From contig CAXXHB010000003.1 in assembly GCA_963664815.2 (NCBI GenBank), forward strand, positions 1,632,001-1,696,000: a DNA stretch of 64,000 bases, in the 5' to 3' direction. Each line of letters opens with the position of its first letter. Position 1 is the first letter of the stretch. This stretch comes from Spirochaetota bacterium. Lineage in GTDB: Bacteria; Spirochaetota; UBA4802; UBA5550. Both the position numbers and the translations under genes were made by a program. The notes under the pieces are model-generated. The model saw only the letters and a list, made by a program, of their open reading frames with translations, ran no database searches and was not told where the DNA came from. This document shows positions 18,426-27,031 of this stretch, piece after piece.

Positions 18426-21400
18426 ATGAATATAGCAAAACTTGCAATCAAACGTCCTGTATTTATCACAAGTATAGTTGCAATAATTGTAATTCTTGGA
18501 GCTTTCTCATATAAAAATATCGGTGTAGAGATGCTTCCTGATATGTCGTTTCCCACATTGAGCATCACTACGGTCTATTCCGGATCATCTCCGGATGAGA
18601 TAGAGCAGCTTATAACAAAACCTCTTGAGGATGAACTCGGGGCTATATCCGGCATCAAGCACATGAGTTCCGAAAGTAAGGAGGGATTGTCTCTGATAAC
18701 AATAGAATTTGGTATGGAGGTAAACCTTGACAGAGCGGCGCAGGATGTGCGGGACAAAATCAGCGTGGCAAAAAATAATCTTCCTGATGATATAGCAGAA
18801 GATCCTGTCGTTTCGAAAATAGATTTTGATGCACAGCCTGTAATACGAGTGGCACTGATATCAGACCTCCCTGCCGGTGATGTGTATGACATTGCCAAGG
18901 AAACCATAAAACCAAAACTTGAGAAGATAAATGATGTTGGGAATGTGCAGATAACAGGTGGCAGCCGGAGGGAGATACAGATCGAAATAGATCAGAACAA
19001 AGTCAATGAATATGTTGTTCCTATGACCAGGATAGTAAACCGTATAAAGAATTCCGGATCAAATGTTCCAATAGGAAAACAGGAGGAAGGGTTTAATGAG
19101 ACTGTATTCAGAGCGATGGGTGAATATACTACCCTTGATCAGATACGTGATACAATGATCTCGTTTTCCGGTGATATGGGAAATTCCATCAGTGTCGGAG
19201 TTTTAGGCTGTGTAAATGATGGGACCAAAGATGTAGAAAGTATAGGATATTTTTATGATTCTCAGAAAATGAACAATATGCGGGTCCAGTCGTGCATATA
19301 CATCGATGTTATTAAACAGTCCGGTAAAAATACTGTCACTGTAGCAGATGCTGTTAAGTCAAAAATTGATGAGATAAATGCAGGTTTAAAGCAGGTTAAA
19401 GGGAATTCATATGTAAGAATAATATCGGATCAGTCAAAGTGGATTAAGACCAATGTTGAAGAGACTGTTAGTGCAATTATAATGGGGATAATCCTTGCCG
19501 TGATTATTGTTTATCTTTTTCTTGGAAATATCCGGTCCACTATTATTACCGGTATAGCCATCCCTAACAGTCTTCTTGGCGCAGTTATACTGATGGATGT
19601 TATGGGATACACTTTTAATATGATGACACTTATGGCGCTTTCACTGGTAGTAGGTCTTCTTGTTGATGACGCAATAGTTGTAAGAGAGAATATCTTCCGG
19701 AAAATTGAAGATGGGCATGATTCGTTTAAAGCAGCTGAGATCGGGACCACAGAGGTTACACTTGCGGTTATAGCTACGACATTAGCCATAGTTTCAGTTT
19801 TTTTTCCTATAGGAATGCTTACCGGTGTAATTGGAAAAGTGTTTAAACAGTTCGGCTTTACAGTAGTTTTTGCCATGATTGTAAGTCTCTTTGATGCGCT
19901 GACTGTTGCGCCATTTTTAAGTGCATACTTTGCCGGCGATGGTAAAAAGTCACAGAATAAAGTCGTGGTACTTTTTGAAAAGTTCCAGGCTAAAATGGAG
20001 GAGTACTATATCTCGATAATGGGATACTGCCTTAGACATCCGCTTATTGTTATAACAGCGGCAATTATGATATTTGCAGTCAGTATCGGGCTGCTATCTT
20101 TCGTTAAGCAGACATTTATAGCCCAGACTGACAACGGGGATTTTGCAGTAAATATTGAAATGCCTGCAGGTACCAGCCTCAAGGGCACCGCTGAAACAAT
20201 TTCAAAAATTGAAGAGAACCTCAGAGAGTTCTGTGATATTGATTATTACGGTGTAACGATAGGGAACTCCAATGGCGAAGTAAGAAAAGGGCAGATCATC
20301 TGTTTTCTACGTAAAGACAGAAAGATCGGTACAGTTGAGGTTAAAGAAAAGATAAGATCATTCCTTACAAAATTTGAGTATGCACATCCTACTGTCGGTA
20401 ATAAAGGGGGCACAGGTACACCCTTTTCACTTATTGTATCAGGAAAAGATCTGGCAACAGTGGAGAAAACAGCATCTATGATTATGAATCAGATTCGTAC
20501 AATATCTGATCTTACAGACATAGACTCATCAGCGAAAAAAGGTGGTAAAGAATTCAGGGTAATTTTTAACAAGTCTAAAATGCGTTCTCTCGGCATATCA
20601 AACAGTGTTGTGGGAATGGAGCTCAGATATAATGTCGCAGGTGCCGTAGTGGGGAAATTACGGGAAAATGGTATCGAATATGACATACGGGCCCGTTTAA
20701 AACCGGAGCAGAGGGATCTTCGTAAAAGATTCTATGAAACCAGGGTTCCGAATGCGGACAACAGGATGATACCTCTCAGCTCTATATCAAGAGGAGAATA
20801 CACAGCCGGATCTGCCCAGATAAGCAGAAGGGATAGAGCTTATGTTGTAAAGATAACAGCCAACCTTGCTAAGAATGGAGCTGTTGGAAGTGCCATGGCA
20901 AAGGCTAAAGATATTATAAAAAACAAAATGCAGCTTCCTCCAGATGTTGCATATTCGTTCAGCGGCGACTCTGAAAATTTTGCTGAGACCGGAGCGAGTG
21001 TAATTTTTGCTCTTGTTCTGGCAATTGTTTTTATATTTCTGGTGTTGTCCAGCCTCTATGAATCTTTTATTACGCCGTTTTCGATATTACTTGCAATACC
21101 TTTTGCTCTGACGGGCGCTTTATTGGCGCTTTTTGTGACAGGGGTAATGCTTGATCTGTTCAGCATGATTGGTATGGTTATGCTGATTGGAATTGTTACG
21201 AAGAACTCAATCCTGTTGGTTGACAATGCCGTACACGGTGTAAATTCCGGACTCGACAGGAAAGAGGCAATATTGCAAGCCGGGAAGAGAAGGCTCAGGC
21301 CAATTCTCATGACAACATTTGCCATGGTTGCCGGGACAATTCCGCTGGCTATGGGGATCGGAGAAGCAGCAAAACTGAGACAGTCAATGGGTATTTCAAT

Positions 21401-21530
21401 AATAGGTGGTCTCATAGTATCGACTCTTGTAACGCTGATTATGGTCCCGGCGGTATACGAATACATAGACAGATTCAGAGAGGCAACCGAAGGCAGAATT
21501 CTTATAAGAAAGGAAGAAAATGAACTTTAA
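18426..21530 (+). CDS. RND efflux transporter permease (AcrB/AcrD/AcrF family)
   Basis: 1034 aa; GLLVDDAIVVRENI, KNSILLVD, RRLRPILMTT. Confidence 0.95.
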   Translation: MNIAKLAIKRPVFITSIVAIIVILGAFSYKNIGVEMLPDMSFPTLSITTVYSGSSPDEIEQLITKPLEDELGAISGIKHMSSESKEGLSLITIEFGMEVNLDRAAQDVRDKISVAKNNLPDDIAEDPVVSKIDFDAQPVIRVALISDLPAGDVYDIAKETIKPKLEKINDVGNVQITGGSRREIQIEIDQNKVNEYVVPMTRIVNRIKNSGSNVPIGKQEEGFNETVFRAMGEYTTLDQIRDTMISFSGDMGNSISVGVLGCVNDGTKDVESIGYFYDSQKMNNMRVQSCIYIDVIKQSGKNTVTVADAVKSKIDEINAGLKQVKGNSYVRIISDQSKWIKTNVEETVSAIIMGIILAVIIVYLFLGNIRSTIITGIAIPNSLLGAVILMDVMGYTFNMMTLMALSLVVGLLVDDAIVVRENIFRKIEDGHDSFKAAEIGTTEVTLAVIATTLAIVSVFFPIGMLTGVIGKVFKQFGFTVVFAMIVSLFDALTVAPFLSAYFAGDGKKSQNKVVVLFEKFQAKMEEYYISIMGYCLRHPLIVITAAIMIFAVSIGLLSFVKQTFIAQTDNGDFAVNIEMPAGTSLKGTAETISKIEENLREFCDIDYYGVTIGNSNGEVRKGQIICFLRKDRKIGTVEVKEKIRSFLTKFEYAHPTVGNKGGTGTPFSLIVSGKDLATVEKTASMIMNQIRTISDLTDIDSSAKKGGKEFRVIFNKSKMRSLGISNSVVGMELRYNVAGAVVGKLRENGIEYDIRARLKPEQRDLRKRFYETRVPNADNRMIPLSSISRGEYTAGSAQISRRDRAYVVKITANLAKNGAVGSAMAKAKDIIKNKMQLPPDVAYSFSGDSENFAETGASVIFALVLAIVFIFLVLSSLYESFITPFSILLAIPFALTGALLALFVTGVMLDLFSMIGMVMLIGIVTKNSILLVDNAVHGVNSGLDRKEAILQAGKRRLRPILMTTFAMVAGTIPLAMGIGEAAKLRQSMGISIIGGLIVSTLVTLIMVPAVYEYIDRFREATEGRILIRKEENEL

Positions 21531-21702
21531 GTGCAATCATTATAAAAGGTATTATGTTTAATCAGATAAATCCCTGCCTTATCCGATTATAATTATTATT
21601 GAATGATCTGATTCCGGGAAATGTAGAATTACAAAATAAATAATTTACATATTGTGGTATGCAGTTCAATAAGACGTTATTTCTTTATTCAAGAGGATTG
21701 TA

Positions 21703-22569
21703 ATGGAACCGCGTATTGAAAAAGTTATATTCAGGCATATGTCTGGAATTAATATGGAGATGGCAATTACCGGAGACAAAGCTCCTGCGGTTGGGCAAAG
21801 TTTCAATCTTCATAGAAAAAAAATGAAAAAGAGGACTATATTTGTATGCTGCTGTCTTTTACTGCAGATGTGTCTGCCGTTCAGCATTATTCATAAGAAC
21901 ATTGCTGCGGAAAGTTTTTCTGTTCAGCCAGACATGTCCCCTGATGAGTGGACATATACCCGCCTTGAAAATTTTGTGACAGGCACAATGGTAAAACGTG
22001 CCGATTGGGCCAATCTGCCACCCAATGATGGCAGTAGAAATGGTTTTTACCATGCTGAAAGAAAACCTGTCAGATTTATCGGCATTCATCACGATGGTTC
22101 ATCGGATTCAACATTAACATCTGTATTGAATTATCATATTAAAAAAAACGGCTGGGGGGATATTGCGTATCATTATATAATAGATAAAAAAGGACGAATC
22201 TACGCGGGGAGAGCTCCAGACAGGGCTTCCGATACCAACGACGTTTTTGAAAGCTATGGGGAAGAGAGACTTTCATGTATTATAAATATACTTCTTCTCG
22301 GGAATTACGATATAGAAAAAATTCAGGCTGATTCACCGCAGATACAGAGTGCAAAACTTCTTGTAAGCTATCTTTACTTGAAATATCCGCTTGTTGATCC
22401 GGATTCAATCCGCGGGCATAGAGATTTTATAACAGATTCAGAAAATGCAAAGAGTCAGATAACCTGCCCGGGAAAAAATATGTACAGCCCTGTAAACATG
22501 ATTGATGAGATTAAAAATTTTGTACAAAGAGTTGCAATTACAAATAAAGCGCAAAGAAAAAAAGGGTAG
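21703..22569 (+). CDS. N-acetylmuramoyl-L-alanine amidase (Amidase_2/PGRP-like); alternative start 21823
   Basis: IGIHH, GWGDIAYHYIID..GRIYAGR, GHRDF and CPG provide the His/His/Cys Zn ligands; signal-like segment from M41. Confidence 0.85.
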   Translation: MEPRIEKVIFRHMSGINMEMAITGDKAPAVGQSFNLHRKKMKKRTIFVCCCLLLQMCLPFSIIHKNIAAESFSVQPDMSPDEWTYTRLENFVTGTMVKRADWANLPPNDGSRNGFYHAERKPVRFIGIHHDGSSDSTLTSVLNYHIKKNGWGDIAYHYIIDKKGRIYAGRAPDRASDTNDVFESYGEERLSCIINILLLGNYDIEKIQADSPQIQSAKLLVSYLYLKYPLVDPDSIRGHRDFITDSENAKSQITCPGKNMYSPVNMIDEIKNFVQRVAITNKAQRKKG

Positions 22570-22654
22570 TGCATGCGATGAGGTTTCTCATTACTATATA
22601 TTTCAGGCTGAGAATCTCCATTAATAATAAAACAAAACAGAGCCGGTTTGTATT

Positions 22655-23587
22655 ATGAAGAAAAGCAGGAAACGCCTTGTATATGAGCAGCGCATATATC
22701 GTGTGCAGGATTACATAAGTACACATTTTGACCAGGAGCTGAATCTCGAAAAACTGGCTCAGATATCCGCTTTTTCGCCATTCCATTTCCACAGAATATT
22801 CAAGGCTATTGCAGGTGAAACACTTTATGATTTTATTCAGAGAATAAGACTGGAAAAATCATGCGCAATGCTATCCTCAGATAACGACATGAGAATCATT
22901 GATATTGCCCTCTGCTGTGGTTTTTCTACACCATCATCATTTTCAAAAGCCTTTAAACAGCGATATAATATAAGTCCATCGGAATGGCGTAATGGCGATT
23001 ACCGGAAAAACAGCAATTCAGGAAAGCAGATAAGCAATAATGGAACATATGAAAGCAAAACAGGCAAAGAAAAACATTCTCCTGCAGGTTATAGTAGAGA
23101 AAACGATTTGGAACAAAACAGGAGAAAAAAAATGAATGTAAAGATTGAAGTGTTTCCGGAGTATCGTATTGCCTATATGCGTCAGATTGGTCCTTACGGG
23201 CCAGATAATGTTCAGTTAATGGAAAAACTGAAGAAATGGGCAGCTGCAAGAGAACTGCTCGCTGAATCTGCAATAATTCTTGGAATTGCTCATGATGACC
23301 CGGATATTACACCTCCGGAAAAATGCCGCTATGATTGCTGCATTGTTATACCGGATGATTATAAACCTGAAAGCAACATCAACGAAAATAAACTCCCTGG
23401 CGGACGATATGCAGTTTATCAGGTTAAGCATACTGCAGCGGATATCGGAAATGCATGGAATGATATTTTTTCAGTCTGGCTGCCGGACAGCGGATATCAG
23501 ATTGATGACAGGCCGATCTTTGAAAGATATGCCGGCACAATGGAGGAGGTTACATGTGAGATTTGTATTCCGGTAAAGGCATTATAG
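22655..23587 (+). CDS. AraC family regulator with GyrI-like effector domain
   Basis: FSPFHFHRIFK, RIRLEK, GFSTPSSFSKAFK; C-terminal DDPDITPPEKCRYDCC and WLPDSGYQIDDRP. Confidence 0.93.
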   Translation: MKKSRKRLVYEQRIYRVQDYISTHFDQELNLEKLAQISAFSPFHFHRIFKAIAGETLYDFIQRIRLEKSCAMLSSDNDMRIIDIALCCGFSTPSSFSKAFKQRYNISPSEWRNGDYRKNSNSGKQISNNGTYESKTGKEKHSPAGYSRENDLEQNRRKKMNVKIEVFPEYRIAYMRQIGPYGPDNVQLMEKLKKWAAARELLAESAIILGIAHDDPDITPPEKCRYDCCIVIPDDYKPESNINENKLPGGRYAVYQVKHTAADIGNAWNDIFSVWLPDSGYQIDDRPIFERYAGTMEEVTCEICIPVKAL

Positions 23588-23597
23588 GTATTATGTG

Positions 23598-23649
23598 ACC
23601 ATAGCGGCGGTGAGCTTTCGTCTATACATGAAGGCTCATCGTTTGTGGT
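23598..23649 (+). terminator. Stem-loop after the AraC/GyrI gene
   Basis: ACCATAGCGGCGGTGAGCTTTC pairs with GAAGGCTCATCGTTTGTGGT using G-U pairs. Confidence 0.5.
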
Positions 23650-23799
23650 GGTATTGATCGTTTATTTCAAATTAAAATACATATTAAGGAATTAACATCG
23701 TATTTATTTATGAAATATTATTCTGTACAAAATTATTTGACATTAACAGCAGAAGTCGTATAAAAGTAATTAAATTAAAATGAAATTCATGGAATCTTT

Positions 23800-24294
23800 A
23801 TGTTACTGAACTCCGGAAATATTAAAAAAAAGTCCCGCATATTAAAAAGTCATTTTTTTGATACAGGGATTCCGGGAGAAATTTCTGATCAGATTTATAA
23901 TGATTACTGTGCAGATCTTGACAATATTCCCGGTATTGAAAATTACAGGCTGATTTCGAAGGATCTTCATGATTCATTAATTTCCATAAGACTGTCAGCA
24001 GATGATGTTATACTGGCTTTGGAGTTATACAATGATTTTGCAGGCAGCTATAAAAAAACACTGATATTTAAAGATGCCCGGATAATATCTTATAATAAAA
24101 TTCTTAAATCCGGTAAAATTTCAAGAATAAACAGGAAGATTGAGCCTTATGAATATTTGTATGATGAACTTTATTATGATGATAATTACTGTTATATAAC
24201 AATAATAGTAACGACAAAAAAAAGAGTTAAAGTTGAAGTTTATTTTCCGATATTGACTATCAGATTTAAAAAGATTGATATAGATAATCTGTAA
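23800..24294 (+). CDS. Hypothetical protein
   Basis: 164-aa ORF with DLHDSLI and YLYDELY motifs; co-directional with its neighbours. Confidence 0.6.
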   Translation: MLLNSGNIKKKSRILKSHFFDTGIPGEISDQIYNDYCADLDNIPGIENYRLISKDLHDSLISIRLSADDVILALELYNDFAGSYKKTLIFKDARIISYNKILKSGKISRINRKIEPYEYLYDELYYDDNYCYITIIVTTKKRVKVEVYFPILTIRFKKIDIDNL

Positions 24295-24410
24295 AAGAAT
24301 ATTCCTACAGCAGATTAAAAGTTAAAAGGGCTGTGTCTGCAAAAAATCCAGTTTGCCCGGTTGTTCGCATTGGCAAAAAATATATTTCCCGTTGATTTAA
24401 AGAGGTGCAT

Positions 24411-25322
24411 ATGAGTAATCTTGAATACCATATGAAGCAGGCAGTCGAAGAGGCGATTCTCAGTCTGAGAGAGGGAAATCATGGTTTCGGTTCCGTTATA
24501 ATAAGAGGTGATGAGGTTATATCGAAGGCGCATGATCTTGAAGAAAGCAATTGTGACCCGACTTCACATGCTGAAATAAATGCCATAAAACTCGCTTCAG
24601 GCAGAATCGGTAAAAATCTTGAGGGATGCATATTGCTGTCAACCCATGAACCATGTCCAATGTGTTCAACGGCGATAGTATGGTCGGGGATAAATCATAT
24701 AGCCTATGGTTATTCAATTGATGAATCTGTAAGGCAGGGTCGCAGAAGAATCAATTTAACATGTGAAGAATTATTTAATCGAGCAGGAAAAGCTGTGAGA
24801 ATTGACAAAAATATCTTATCTGAACAATGCGGTATCTTATATCGCCAGGATGTCAGAAATGAAATTAAAAAACTGAGAAACATAACCTGTGAGAAGCTGG
24901 AATTTTATAATGCCGATTCAATAAAAAGAAGAGTGGAATGGTTTGATGAAAAAAAATCAACTTTCAGGTTCATAAGCGATAACCCGGCTGATTCTGCATA
25001 TAAATTACTGCTTCATCGATTTAATATAGACAGTTCAGAAGCCAGGATTGTCGAACAGTCAGGGAGCCGTATTGTATTTCATTCAAAAAATTTTTGTCCG
25101 ACTCTTGAAGCCTGCAAAATACTCGATTACGATACAAGATATATCTGTAAACAATATAATGAAGGTTCAACGGATGCACTTATAAAAAAAATAGACAGCC
25201 GTTTAAAATTTGACAGGAATTATGAAAAGCTGAGGCCATATACAGATTACTGTGAAGAGATGATTGTTTTTGAACAAAATGAGATCAACAGTATAGTAAC
25301 TGGTAATGATCCTGACTATTAA
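24411..25322 (+). CDS. Zn-dependent nucleoside deaminase fused to a Cys-containing C-terminal domain
   Basis: DPTSHAEINAI and THEPCPMC; about 150 extra C-terminal residues with CPTLEAC, YIC and YCEE; AGAGG RBS before ATG 24411. Confidence 0.85.
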   Translation: MSNLEYHMKQAVEEAILSLREGNHGFGSVIIRGDEVISKAHDLEESNCDPTSHAEINAIKLASGRIGKNLEGCILLSTHEPCPMCSTAIVWSGINHIAYGYSIDESVRQGRRRINLTCEELFNRAGKAVRIDKNILSEQCGILYRQDVRNEIKKLRNITCEKLEFYNADSIKRRVEWFDEKKSTFRFISDNPADSAYKLLLHRFNIDSSEARIVEQSGSRIVFHSKNFCPTLEACKILDYDTRYICKQYNEGSTDALIKKIDSRLKFDRNYEKLRPYTDYCEEMIVFEQNEINSIVTGNDPDY

Positions 25323-25408
25323 GTTGTGAACTAAAGGGGAAGTGGTTTCCCCTGCAGAACTTATAATAATTGATTTTCCCGTATTACGGGCTGGATGGTT
25401 CTATAATA

Positions 25409-26092
25409 ATGAAATCAGAGGATTGTGTTGAAAAAATTCTTTTCAGCTGGAGCGGCGGGAAGGATAGTTCACTGGCATTACATGAAATACTGAAATCAGG
25501 GAAGTATAAAGTCGCGGCACTGATGACAACTGTTACTCAGGATTATGACCGGATAAGTATGCATGGCGTTCGTTCTGAGCTTTTATCGAAGCAGGCAGAG
25601 GCGTTAAATCTTTCACTTGAAAAGATGTTTATATCAAAGAATTCATCAAATATGGATTACGAGGAGATAATGGGCCGGTTGCTGAATCAATATCAAAGTA
25701 ACGGTGTAAATACAGTTGCTTTCGGCGATATCTTTCTTGATGACCTCAGGCGTTACCGGGAGGAGAATCTTGCAAAAGTACAGATGAATGCATTGTTCCC
25801 ATTGTGGAAGAAAGACTCAGTTAACCTTGCAGAGTATTTTATCGATTGCGGATTCAGGGCTATATTGACCTGTGTTGATACAGATTGCCTGGATAAAGGT
25901 TTTTGCGGGCGTGAATATGATTTATCGTTGTTGTCAGATCTGCCGGAGAATGTTGATCCATGTGGAGAGAATGGAGAATTCCATACTTTTGTTTATGCAG
26001 GCCCCATATTTGACAGGGAAATTCTCATCGCAAAAGGCGATATTATTTTAAAAGATGAAAGGTTCTGTTTCTGTGATCTGCTTCCGGTTTAA
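25409..26092 (+). CDS. Diphthine-ammonia ligase (Dph6/MJ0570)-like PP-loop ATPase
   Basis: SWSGGKDS, FGDIFL, DPCGENGEFHTFV. Confidence 0.9.
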   Translation: MKSEDCVEKILFSWSGGKDSSLALHEILKSGKYKVAALMTTVTQDYDRISMHGVRSELLSKQAEALNLSLEKMFISKNSSNMDYEEIMGRLLNQYQSNGVNTVAFGDIFLDDLRRYREENLAKVQMNALFPLWKKDSVNLAEYFIDCGFRAILTCVDTDCLDKGFCGREYDLSLLSDLPENVDPCGENGEFHTFVYAGPIFDREILIAKGDIILKDERFCFCDLLPV

Positions 26093-26388
26093 CATTTTAT
26101 TTTTTTAACAAAACCCTGTATTATAAACCTGTGGAAAATTCCGGAATAGAAACCGCTGCCTTATTATCTTCATCCGAACATAATGTGGATTAAAAAAAAC
26201 TGCAGGTTTATTTAAAACGCGCCTCATAATTGACATCATATCAGGAATGGTTTTAACCCGGTCGGCAGATAATATGTGATATTTTTTAATTGAATATCAG
26301 AGTCTTAAATAATACAATTGGAAACAGAACTGTAACTATTCAGTAAATAAGCTGAAACGAATTTACTGATTGTGGAGAGTAGTAATAA

Positions 26389-26880
26389 ATGAAAAAAGAG
26401 ATAAAAATAGATTCAGAGGATTTAATAAATGCGTTCGAAGATCATAGTGATTCATTTGAATACTTCCTGGATCTGGAAAATGGAAATGTAGTTGTCTTCC
26501 CCAAAGATTCTTCTGAGGATGAATTTGAAGAAGAACCGGCAGAGTCAGAGGGTTATAACCGTGAGATAGTTGAAAATAATCCCGGCAGATTCATTTATGT
26601 TGATCCAATTGAATCCAATGAAAGTTTTGAGATCATGGAAGATTTTACATCAACACTTTCAGATGACGTAATAAAAGATAAATTAATTTCAGCTTTATCA
26701 AAAAGAAAACCGTTCAGACATTTTAAAGATGCATTATATGACTTTCCTGCGGTACAAAAAGAATGGTATAAATTTCATGAAGAAGAAATGGAAAAAATTG
26801 CATATGAGTGGCTTGAAGCTTATAATATAAAGGGTGAATTAATACGGAAATATTATGTTGAAGATAAAGAGAAAGAATAA
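26389..26880 (+). CDS. UPF0158 family protein
   Basis: YFLDLENG, FEIMEDF, KPFRHFKDAL, WYKF. Confidence 0.85.
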   Translation: MKKEIKIDSEDLINAFEDHSDSFEYFLDLENGNVVVFPKDSSEDEFEEEPAESEGYNREIVENNPGRFIYVDPIESNESFEIMEDFTSTLSDDVIKDKLISALSKRKPFRHFKDALYDFPAVQKEWYKFHEEEMEKIAYEWLEAYNIKGELIRKYYVEDKEKE

Positions 26881-27031
26881 ATTATCATTAATATTTTTAG
26901 AAAAAACAGCTTAATATCGGCAACAGCATATACCGGATTTCCTATTCTGTACTGCGGAAAGAATTGCCTGCCTGCATAGTGTTTTGTAAACAGATTGATT
27001 TTTAAGTAATTTATTAATTCAATGGATAATT

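Noticed and set aside
18575-21466. Antisense ORFs inside the RND gene (likewise inside the kinases, CoA ligases and mprF)
   Set aside because: They are shadow frames of well-supported genes on the opposite strand.
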